DNA of 32,000 nt, from positions 317 through 32,316 of the forward strand of contig NZ_JAKTNS010000020.1 in assembly GCF_022760915.1 (NCBI RefSeq). Direction: 5' to 3'. The DNA is from Thermus thalpophilus (GTDB taxonomy: Bacteria > Deinococcota > Deinococci > Deinococcales > Thermaceae). Of this stretch, positions 9,691 through 16,243 are shown one piece after another. Position numbers and translations under genes: made by a program. The notes beneath the pieces are model-generated. The model was not told the DNA's origin. It did not search any database and worked only from the letters and a program-made list of their open reading frames with translations. Positions within the stretch are counted from its first letter, which is position 1, and every line of letters begins with the position of its first letter.

Positions 9691-9962
9691 CTACACCACG
9701 GCGAAGGCCTCGAGGCGGGTGGGGGCGCCGAGGCCCAGAATGCGCACCTCCCCTTCCACCGGGTAAAGGCGCAAGCTGTCTTCGGTAAGGTCAACAATCT
9801 TCTTCGCTCGCGCTAGAAGGTCCTTCAGCATCCTTTCGTCCAAATAGCACTCAAACACCGACAACTGCACCCGCTCCCCGTAGCTTTTCAAGAGGTTGGC
9901 CAACTTAACCGACGGCTATCGTCGGGTATGTCGTACGCAATCGCATAAAGGCGCTTGAGCAT
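9691..9962 (-). pseudogene. cas2: cas2 carrying a 1-nt frameshift
   Basis: ATG at 9962 gives MLKRLYAIAYDIPDDSRRLSWPTS*. The remainder, (K)LANLLKSYGERVQLSVFECYLDERMLKDLL...RILGLGAPTRLEAFAVV, is in another frame (track ORF 9691..9903). Adding one A to TTAAG(T) near 9906-9909 restores a 91-aa Cas2. Confidence 0.8.
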
Positions 9963-9983
9963 AGGTACATTTTAGGGGTCGCA

Positions 9984-11185
9984 TGTATCTTCTCCACGTG
10001 AGGGAGGCGCCGCCGCTTTGGTTGCCGGGCCACCACGCCCGCGGGATGGATCGGCGGCCACCCGCCCCGGCCTCCCTGCCGCACCGTATCCCGGTCTTCC
10101 ACGACCGCATCCACATGGACGGCACACGGGGTCGGGTGGCCACCTCCCTCACTCTACCAAAGGAGGCAAGGCATGGTCTTCGCAGGCATTGATGTCAGCA
10201 AGCCCCACCTGGACCTGGCCCTGGCTTCCCCCTCCGCCAAGCCCACCCGTCTCCGCTTCCCCAACACCGAGGAAGGCCGCCAAGCCCTCCTCTCCGCCCT
10301 CGCCCACCACCGCCCCGCCTGGGTCGCCCTGGAGCCCAGCAGCGTCTACCACCTCCCCCTCCTCCACCTCCTGGTGCAAAAGGGCTTCCCAGTGGCCCTG
10401 GTCAACCCCTACCACCTCGCCGCCTTCCGCAAGGCCATGGGGGAGCGCAACAAGACCGACCGCCAAGACGCCTTCCTCCTGGCCCGCTATGCCCTGGTTT
10501 ACCAGGAGGAACTCCGAGCCTACACCCCTCCCCCCCAGGCCCTCCAGGAGCTCAAGGCCCTGGTGGGGTACCAAGAGGACCTGGCCGCCCGGGAGCGGGC
10601 CATCCTGAACCCGCTGGAGGCGGCGGAGTGGGCGGGGAGCGAAGGGGTTATGGCCCTCCTCCAGAGGGAGCTGGCCTTGGTGCGGGAGCTCCTTGAGGAG
10701 GTGGAGGGAAGGATCCGGGGACTCCTGGAAACCATCCCTGAGTCCCGGGTCCTCATGGCCCTTCCTGGGGTGGGGCCCCAGGTGGCGGCGGCGGTGCTGG
10801 CCTTCCTCCCGCCCCACCTCTGGGGCCGGGCCAAGGCCGCGGCCTCCTACGCCGGCCTCATCCCGGAGCGGGAGGTGTCGGGGAAGGCGGTGGAGCGGAG
10901 CCGGCTTTCCAAGAAGGGGCCGCCCCTTTTGCGAAGGAAGCTGTACATGGCTGCTTTGGTGGCGGTGCGGCATGACCCGGAGATGCGGGCTTTTTACCAC
11001 CGCTTGCTTTCCCGGGGGAAGCGGAAGAAGCAGGCCCTTTTGGCCGTGGCCCACAAGCTTTTGCGGCGGATGATGGGACGGCTCAAAGCCTACCACGCCA
11101 GTCAGCTGGACCAGGTGGCTTGACAAGGAAGACCGTATCAATCCCCCAGGAATACTAGGACTGGTAAGGAAAAGCTAATCCTGAA
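9984..11185 (+). mobile_element. IS110-family insertion sequence (IS1000-like); boundaries approximate, within about 10 bp on the left, and the right end could be about 11140
   Basis: A single DEDD-type transposase ORF. About 190 nt of 5' non-coding sequence lies between the cas2 start and the ORF, and 17-62 nt of 3' non-coding sequence. No terminal inverted repeats are visible, as expected for IS110. GTCGCA is present at 9978-9983 and at 11186-11191. Confidence 0.7.
10173..11123 (+). CDS. IS110-family DEDD transposase / recombinase
   Basis: 316 aa, with AAGGAGG 8 nt upstream. Motifs: VFAGIDVSKPHL, WVALEPSSVYH, NKTDRQDA (DEDD motifs); C-terminal LPGVGPQVAAAVLA and SYAGLIPEREVSGK (Tnp domain). 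The 10149..11141 minus ORF is its shadow. Confidence 0.9.
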   Translation: MVFAGIDVSKPHLDLALASPSAKPTRLRFPNTEEGRQALLSALAHHRPAWVALEPSSVYHLPLLHLLVQKGFPVALVNPYHLAAFRKAMGERNKTDRQDAFLLARYALVYQEELRAYTPPPQALQELKALVGYQEDLAARERAILNPLEAAEWAGSEGVMALLQRELALVRELLEEVEGRIRGLLETIPESRVLMALPGVGPQVAAAVLAFLPPHLWGRAKAAASYAGLIPEREVSGKAVERSRLSKKGPPLLRRKLYMAALVAVRHDPEMRAFYHRLLSRGKRKKQALLAVAHKLLRRMMGRLKAYHASQLDQVA

Positions 11186-11531
11186 GTCGCAATCCCCTTA
11201 CGGGGAAGCATCTCGTGCAACCTACAAGGCCATTGACTGGGCCTTGAAGCAGTTTGTTTAGTCGCAATCCCCTTACGGGGAAGCATCTCGTGCAACGCCC
11301 CGGGGTAGACCTTCCCCGCGGCACGCTCGCCGAAGCGCGCGTCGCAATCCCCTTACGGGGAAGCATCTCGTGCAACCAGAGGGTTGACGAGCGGTTCGCC
11401 GAGTTCTTGAGGGACATGTCGCAATCCCCTTACGGGGAAGCATCTCGTGCAACTCCATCCAGCAGATACTGGGGCGCATGGAGAGTACGGCCCAGGTCGC
11501 AATCCCCTTACGGGGAAGCATCTCGTGCAAC
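11186..11531 (-). CRISPR. CRISPR array 1: five identical 36-bp repeats and four spacers (39, 44, 41 and 42 bp)
   Basis: Plus-strand repeat GTCGCAATCCCCTTACGGGGAAGCATCTCGTGCAAC at 11186, 11261, 11341, 11418 and 11496. Read on the minus strand it is GTTGCACGAGATGCTTCCCCGTAAGGGGATTGCGAC, with a CCCC/GGGG hairpin and the ATTGCGAC handle at its 3' end. The leader lies on the right. Confidence 0.95.
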
Positions 11532-11886
11532 TGTACCCCTCTCATAATCCCGTCCTGGACATCGCTCTTAGAGGGGGGGTTTGTGAGAAAGATGAAGTTT
11601 GGAATATACATAGGCCGTATAAAGGCCTTTTTTGAGGGTTTAGCTCGTCCGCAAGCCACTTGCGAAAGGGGCGATGAGAAAGTGAAAGCGCATATTCGCC
11701 TTCCCCAAGGGCAAAACTGGCTTTCAAGATCCCCCGTCCGAGCTTCGGACAAGGCCATTATAGCAGATGAGCGCAACGATGCACTCAGTACATACTGGCG
11801 ACAGAAAGAACCTTGCGGAGCTCACTGCACTATGAGAAAGTGTTAAGTGGACCTTCGCCCCGTAAAAATGCGAATATATGAAGCCG
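11532..11886 (-). promoter_or_regulatory. Leader of CRISPR array 1 (lower GC; about 235 bp is about 90% identical to the array 2 leader)
   Basis: 11534-11768 aligns with 18293-18527. It lies between the cas1 stop and the first repeat, and no coding frame is conserved between the two copies. Confidence 0.6.
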
Positions 11887-12852
11887 CTATCGTCTCTTCA
11901 AGTAATATGGGGTGTACGGTTCCCTCCCCAAAATCGCCGCCTTGAGACGGTGGGCTTGGAGCTCAATAAGCTCGTCATAGGGCTTGCGGAACCCCAAGGG
12001 GTGCGCCGCCATCTCCGAAAAGCGCTCCTCCAAAAGGGTAATCAGGACCCTCCGCCCCTCCTCGTTCAGGTACACGCCCCCATCCCGCACCTCGCCGTGG
12101 CTCGGGGTAAGCTTTCCGCGGCGGAAGCCGGAGAGCACGACCTGGTCCACCACGGGAACCCGGAACTCCTCCATGAGGTCCAGGGCTAAGGCTGGGTTGC
12201 GCCGCCCCTCGGCGTGAAGGTAGCCCACTTCGGGGTGGAGGCCCGCCAGGCGGAGCGCCACCTGCACCCGGCCAAGGAGCACGGCGTAGCCGTAGGAGAG
12301 GGCGGCGTTCACAGGGTCCTGTGGGGGCCTGCGGGTTCTGCCCCTGAGCCCATATGGGCCAAGGAGCCGCTCCAGCCCGGCGAAGTAGGCGCGGCTTCCT
12401 TGGCCTTCCGCGCCCCTCAGGACCTCCAAGGTGCCCGCCCGCTCCGCGAGCTCCAAGGCTTCCGCCACCTGCTTCGCCTCGGGCAGGGAGTGACGCTCCA
12501 GCACAGCCAGGGCCGAACGGAGCTTTCCCAGGACGAAGGCCCGGGCCAAGGGAAGAGGGCTCGCGGCGAACTGCGCCCAGAGATGCTCGGGGTTCATCTC
12601 CGAAAAGGCCCCCGCCACCCCGTGCAGAAAGCCCTCCAAGCTGAAGAAGAAGACGGGTACTCCTTGGCGCAGGAGGAAAACCAAGGCGGGGGTGGAAAGG
12701 CGAACGTTGCCCCACACCGCCACCTGCCGCACCTTGCGGGCCGGGAAGTCCATCACCCGCTCGCCTTCTTCCTCCAACACGAGCCTTCCCCGTCGCAGGC
12801 GCAAGGTGGATCCTTGCCGGGTCAAGTGAAGGACCATCAGAAGCGGGGCCAA
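11887..12852 (-). CDS. cas1: Cas1 integrase
   Basis: 321 aa. LTRQGSTLRLRRGRLVL..., GAEGQGSRAYFAGL, DPVNAALSYGYAVL and LHAEGRRNPALALDLMEEFR are typical Cas1 motifs. Confidence 0.95.
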   Translation of the reverse strand: MAPLLMVLHLTRQGSTLRLRRGRLVLEEEGERVMDFPARKVRQVAVWGNVRLSTPALVFLLRQGVPVFFFSLEGFLHGVAGAFSEMNPEHLWAQFAASPLPLARAFVLGKLRSALAVLERHSLPEAKQVAEALELAERAGTLEVLRGAEGQGSRAYFAGLERLLGPYGLRGRTRRPPQDPVNAALSYGYAVLLGRVQVALRLAGLHPEVGYLHAEGRRNPALALDLMEEFRVPVVDQVVLSGFRRGKLTPSHGEVRDGGVYLNEEGRRVLITLLEERFSEMAAHPLGFRKPYDELIELQAHRLKAAILGREPYTPYYLKRR

Positions 12853-14042
12853 GGGGCGAGCGGGGAAAGCCTGGGGTCCAAAGCGGTAAGGAAGTCCAGC
12901 ACCCGCCGGTAGTCCTCCTCCTCCACAGGCCTCGTCCCGTGGGCCAAGATGCTCTCGTGCCGACGGCTCAGCAAGGCCTGGATGCGGTTCTTCTCCCCAT
13001 AGAGCTTTTGCGCCAGGGTGTTCTTCTGCGCAAACGCCAGGTCCAGGTCAAAGGCCGCATCTAGAAGCTCCATAAGCCCCCGGGGCCTCAGCACCCGCTC
13101 CCGCAGGGACTCCGGGAAGCCCTCGGGCCAGGTCCTGGGGTCCTTCAGGACAAAACCCAGGCGCTCGTGCACATCCGCTTCCACCGCCAACTCCAAGGCC
13201 CGGTAAAGCCGGGCAAGGGCGTCGTCAAAGCGGCCAAGCTCCGCCCGGCGCTCGGCGTTGGCCAAAAGGTCTTGCAGGAGGGCGAAGGTGGGCTTGCCCG
13301 CCGCCTCCACGATGGCCCGGAGGTGGGGCAAAAGGTCTTCCAACCCCTTCAGCACCCGCACCTTGGCCCCGTGTCCCCAGGCTTCCGCCACCGCCAAAGC
13401 CACGGGGAGGCTGGGGGCGACGAGCGCAAGGGCCCTTTCGTGCCGGAAGCGGTCCCACTCCATCAGCCCTTCCACCACGCCCTTCATGGCCCGATAGAAG
13501 CGCTCCTCGGAAGGGGAGAGGGGCCTTTGTAGGAGGCCGTCCAGCTCGGAAAGGGCCACGCCCAGGTTCAGGGCGTTCCAGGCTCGCGTGAAGGCGGTCC
13601 ACTCCTTCAGGCCCAGCCGGGCGGTGGGGTCTTCCAGAAGCCTGAGCCGCTCGGCCCCGCTTACCACCCGGCCCGTATCCGGGTCCCGCCGCTCCCCGCC
13701 CACGTAGCTGAACACCACCCCCCGCCCCGTGAGGGCCAGAACAAGGCCCGCCGCCATGGGCTTGGTGCCCCCGGTGAGGTCGGCCACGATGGCCGTGGCC
13801 TCCCACTCCAGGGCCTTCTTCAGGGCCCTGAGGGCGGTTTGGTAGCCCTCCAAAAGGCTTTCCGCATCTTCCAACAGGAGGGTGTAGTGGCGGAAGGAGC
13901 CGCCGTATTCCCTTACCAGCTCCGCCGCCACGGGGTGGCTTTCCTGGCTGGCCAGGAAGATGACCCCATCGGGGGCGTGCTGCGCCAGCGACTCCTCCAA
14001 GGGGGCGCGGGTGGTGCCCACGCTGAGGATGAGCACTTTCAT
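12837..14042 (-). CDS. csm6: CARF-HEPN ancillary RNase (Csm6/Csx1 family paralog)
   Basis: MKVLILSVGTTRAPL..., CARF motif ADLTGGTKPMAAGL, C-terminal HEPN R-x-H motif LLSRRHESILAHG. I prefer ATG at 14042; the track's TTG at 14066 is possible. The 3' end overlaps the cas1 start by 16 bp. Confidence 0.85.
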   Translation of the reverse strand: MKVLILSVGTTRAPLEESLAQHAPDGVIFLASQESHPVAAELVREYGGSFRHYTLLLEDAESLLEGYQTALRALKKALEWEATAIVADLTGGTKPMAAGLVLALTGRGVVFSYVGGERRDPDTGRVVSGAERLRLLEDPTARLGLKEWTAFTRAWNALNLGVALSELDGLLQRPLSPSEERFYRAMKGVVEGLMEWDRFRHERALALVAPSLPVALAVAEAWGHGAKVRVLKGLEDLLPHLRAIVEAAGKPTFALLQDLLANAERRAELGRFDDALARLYRALELAVEADVHERLGFVLKDPRTWPEGFPESLRERVLRPRGLMELLDAAFDLDLAFAQKNTLAQKLYGEKNRIQALLSRRHESILAHGTRPVEEEDYRRVLDFLTALDPRLSPLAPWPRF

Positions 14043-14226
14043 GGGTTCATTATGTCCCCTCCGCAAAAACGCTGCCCGAGAAAAAAGGGGTAAAGGATCT
14101 CCGCCTCCTCGGGCTTGGGGGAGGTGGCCTCTAGGTCCAGGGCGACCCAGGAAAGAGCTTGCCGCATACCTGAACCCAAGCTTAGTGCCGCGCGGGCTTT
14201 CTGGCTGCCAACTATGAACCTTCCCG

Positions 14227-14821
14227 ACTCCCCGAGTCTTCCGATACCCAAGTCTTTGGAGAAGTTCTTACCAGACGCGCGAAGACCAGGGCCATCGGCT
14301 TCTAGTCTGGACCATCTTCAATGTTGGCGCTGCTGTTGTTGATACCTTAAAAGTCTATAACCCCAAATACATTGATGATCAACAACAAGGAGCCCCCCCG
14401 CCCCGGCCGGGGTGCCGTCCAGGACGCAAGTGGGGGTGCGAAACTCCCCAAGTCTTCCGATAGAACTCCCCAAGTCTTCCGATACCAACTCCCCAAGTCT
14501 TCCGATACTTCGCTCCCAAAACTCCCCAAGTCTTCCGATAGCGATTCCCCAAGTCTTCCGATACCAACTCCCCAAGTCTTCCGATACTTCGCTCCCAAAA
14601 CTCCCCAAGTCTTCCGATAGCGATTCCCCAAGTCTTCCGATACCAACTCCCCAAGTCTTCCGATACTTCGCTCCCAAAACTCCCCAAGTCTTCCGATACT
14701 GGAGCGGGCCAACTCCCCAAGTCTTCCGATACCCGGGCCGAGGGGAAATGTTGCCTTCGTGAAGGGGAAAGGGCGGGGTTTTGCTCCCCGCCCCCGTTCA
14801 AACTCCCCAAGTCTTCCGATA
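14227..14821. repeat. Iteron field: 13 direct copies of the 20-bp motif A(C/T)TCCCC(A/G)AGTCTTCCGATA
   Basis: Copies start at 14227, 14443, 14465, 14488, 14521, 14544, 14567, 14600, 14623, 14646, 14679, 14712 and 14802. Spacings are 22/23 and 33 bp. 14521-14599 and 14600-14678 are identical 79-bp units. The last copy ends 3 nt from the rep stop codon. Confidence 0.85.
14320..14392. other. A+T-rich patch, a candidate DNA unwinding element of the plasmid origin
   Basis: The lowest-GC stretch in this region (...ttgataccttaaaagtctataaccccaaatacattgatgatcaacaac...). A 10-bp inverted repeat, TGTTGTTGAT (14334-14343) and ATCAACAACA (14378-14387), brackets it. Iterons lie on both sides. Confidence 0.55.
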
Positions 14822-14824
14822 GTC

Positions 14825-16207
14825 CTAGCCCTCCAGGCCGCGCCGGAAAGATTGGACCCATTCTTCTAAAGCTCCCTGGGCCGCGGCCTCCTTAAGCTCC
14901 TCCACCAGGCGCCTGGGTTCCAACACCCCTTCCTCCATGAGCCGGGTGAGGTCCTCGAGGTCGCCCACGGAAAGCCGGGAGCGGAGGAGGAGCTGCGCCA
15001 CCTGCACCGCCCGGCGCACCTGGGCCTCCTTGGGCATGTTCTGCCACTCCCTTTCCGCCTCCTCCTCAATGCGGCGGGCCTCCTCCTCCTCCACCTTGGC
15101 CTGGACCCGGCGGGCGCTGGTGGGGGGAAGGGCGCGGGCGTACTTGCCGCTTTCGTCCCGAATCACGTCCACCAGGAAGCCTAGCCTGTTCTTGGGCTTG
15201 TAGCCCGAGGCTAGGATGCTCCGGTAGCGCTCCAGGCGGTCTTTGATGTGGGCCAGGGGGTAGCGGCGGGCCAGGGAGTAGGCGCTCGTGAAGGAAAGGC
15301 CCTCGGCCATGAGGAGCTCCACCGCCTCCATGTCGGGCACGCCCCCCGCCTCCTCCCCGAAGACGTAGACAATGGTCTGGTTCTGGCCCCGGCCAATGTA
15401 CTCCACGGACTGGAGGTAGCGGCGTTCCATGAGCTCCTCGTGGGCGGGCTCGAGGGTCCGCCGCACCTTGTCGGGCCGCTTGTGGACGATCTTGCAGGCG
15501 GCGGCCCACTCCATGAGGTTCACCTCAAAGCGGGTGAGGGGGGCGGGGTTTTCAGGGGAGAAGCGCTGGGCGTCCAGAAGGCGGTAAAGCGCCCGGCTCA
15601 AGGGGCGGCGCAGGCTGGCCATGAACTCTATGTCAATGGGCTTGACGTAGTTTTGCTTCAAGGAGCGCACGATCTCCTTGGCCAGGGTGATGCGCAAGAC
15701 GCTGGCCCGGTCCAGCTTGCCCTCGGCGCTGGAGGTGTACTCAAGCTTTTCAATGTAGCGGAAGGTGACGCTCTGCCAGCGCCCGTCCGCCCGCCAGGCC
15801 TCGGAGAGGACGTAGGTGGCGGTGGTGAGGCGCATGAGGCTCTCCTTGAGCGCCTGGTAGTAGTAGCCCGAGGTGTCCAGGCCCATGAGTTTCAGGATCT
15901 GGTAGGGGGTAGCGGTGAAGGTCCCGTCCTCCGGGCTTCCGGCGTTGAAGTAGAGGGCGATGAGGGCCAGGGAAACCTCGTTGTCCAGCCCGTGGGGCAC
16001 ACCCCCCACCTTCTCGCTGGCGTAGCAGGCCAGCTTCACCGGCTTGCCCAAAAACTCAAACTCCTCCTCCCAGGAGGCGTAGCCCTCGGGGATCCGCTCC
16101 TGGATGGAGATGAGCCCAAGCCGGGCCACGTTGGCCTCGTCCAGGTGCTGCGCCCGGGCCAGGACGTCCTTCTTGGAAGGGCGGCTTGCGGCCATGTTCC
16201 GGTTCAT
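14825..16207 (-). CDS. Plasmid replication initiator (RepA / RPA family, RepT-like)
   Basis: Only the C-terminal 460 aa of the 901-aa track ORF is credible, starting MNRNMAASRPSKKDVLARAQHLDEANVARLGLISIQERIPE...GLDNEVSLALIALYF...TPYQILKLMGLDTSGYYYQALKESLMRL. This resembles replication initiator protein A. An iteron field lies directly downstream. The upstream 440 aa is the shadow of csm6. Confidence 0.85.
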   Translation of the reverse strand: MNRNMAASRPSKKDVLARAQHLDEANVARLGLISIQERIPEGYASWEEEFEFLGKPVKLACYASEKVGGVPHGLDNEVSLALIALYFNAGSPEDGTFTATPYQILKLMGLDTSGYYYQALKESLMRLTTATYVLSEAWRADGRWQSVTFRYIEKLEYTSSAEGKLDRASVLRITLAKEIVRSLKQNYVKPIDIEFMASLRRPLSRALYRLLDAQRFSPENPAPLTRFEVNLMEWAAACKIVHKRPDKVRRTLEPAHEELMERRYLQSVEYIGRGQNQTIVYVFGEEAGGVPDMEAVELLMAEGLSFTSAYSLARRYPLAHIKDRLERYRSILASGYKPKNRLGFLVDVIRDESGKYARALPPTSARRVQAKVEEEEARRIEEEAEREWQNMPKEAQVRRAVQVAQLLLRSRLSVGDLEDLTRLMEEGVLEPRRLVEELKEAAAQGALEEWVQSFRRGLEG

Positions 16208-16243
16208 TCTACCGGAGGAGGGAAGCTGTGGTATAAGACTTCC

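Noticed and set aside
11135-11185. Possibility that GTATCAATCCCCC...(51 bp) is a degenerate terminal repeat plus a spacer of array 1 rather than the right end of the IS
   Set aside because: Only the first 12-13 nt resemble the repeat (14 of 36 overall). The remaining 15 nt is too short to be a spacer, and the array periodicity would place the previous repeat inside the transposase ORF. I kept it as part of the IS-border observation instead.
11175-11846. ORFs crossing CRISPR array 1 and its leader (for example 11273..11776, 11478..11846), and the equivalent ORFs over array 2 (17175..17954, 17618..17941, 17848..18261)
   Set aside because: They read through repeats (recurrent IPLRGSISCN / HEMLPRKGIAT peptides). 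The leader ORF MKFGIY... is not conserved in the second leader copy, where it stops after 19 codons.
14093-14158. Minus-strand peptide ALSWVALDLEATSPKPEEAEIL, which resembles the Exo I (DxE) motif of DnaQ-like 3'-5' exonucleases
   Set aside because: Only about 22 residues are similar. The ORF has no credible continuation, and it overlaps the csm6-like start region. At most it is a tiny gene remnant.
14318-14861. Minus- and plus-strand ORFs with repetitive peptides (SEDLGSW/YRKTWGV/GIGRLGE; PKSSD/SPSLPI)
   Set aside because: These are translation artefacts of the 20-bp iteron repeats. All three frames are open and periodic, which is a property of the DNA repeat rather than of a protein.
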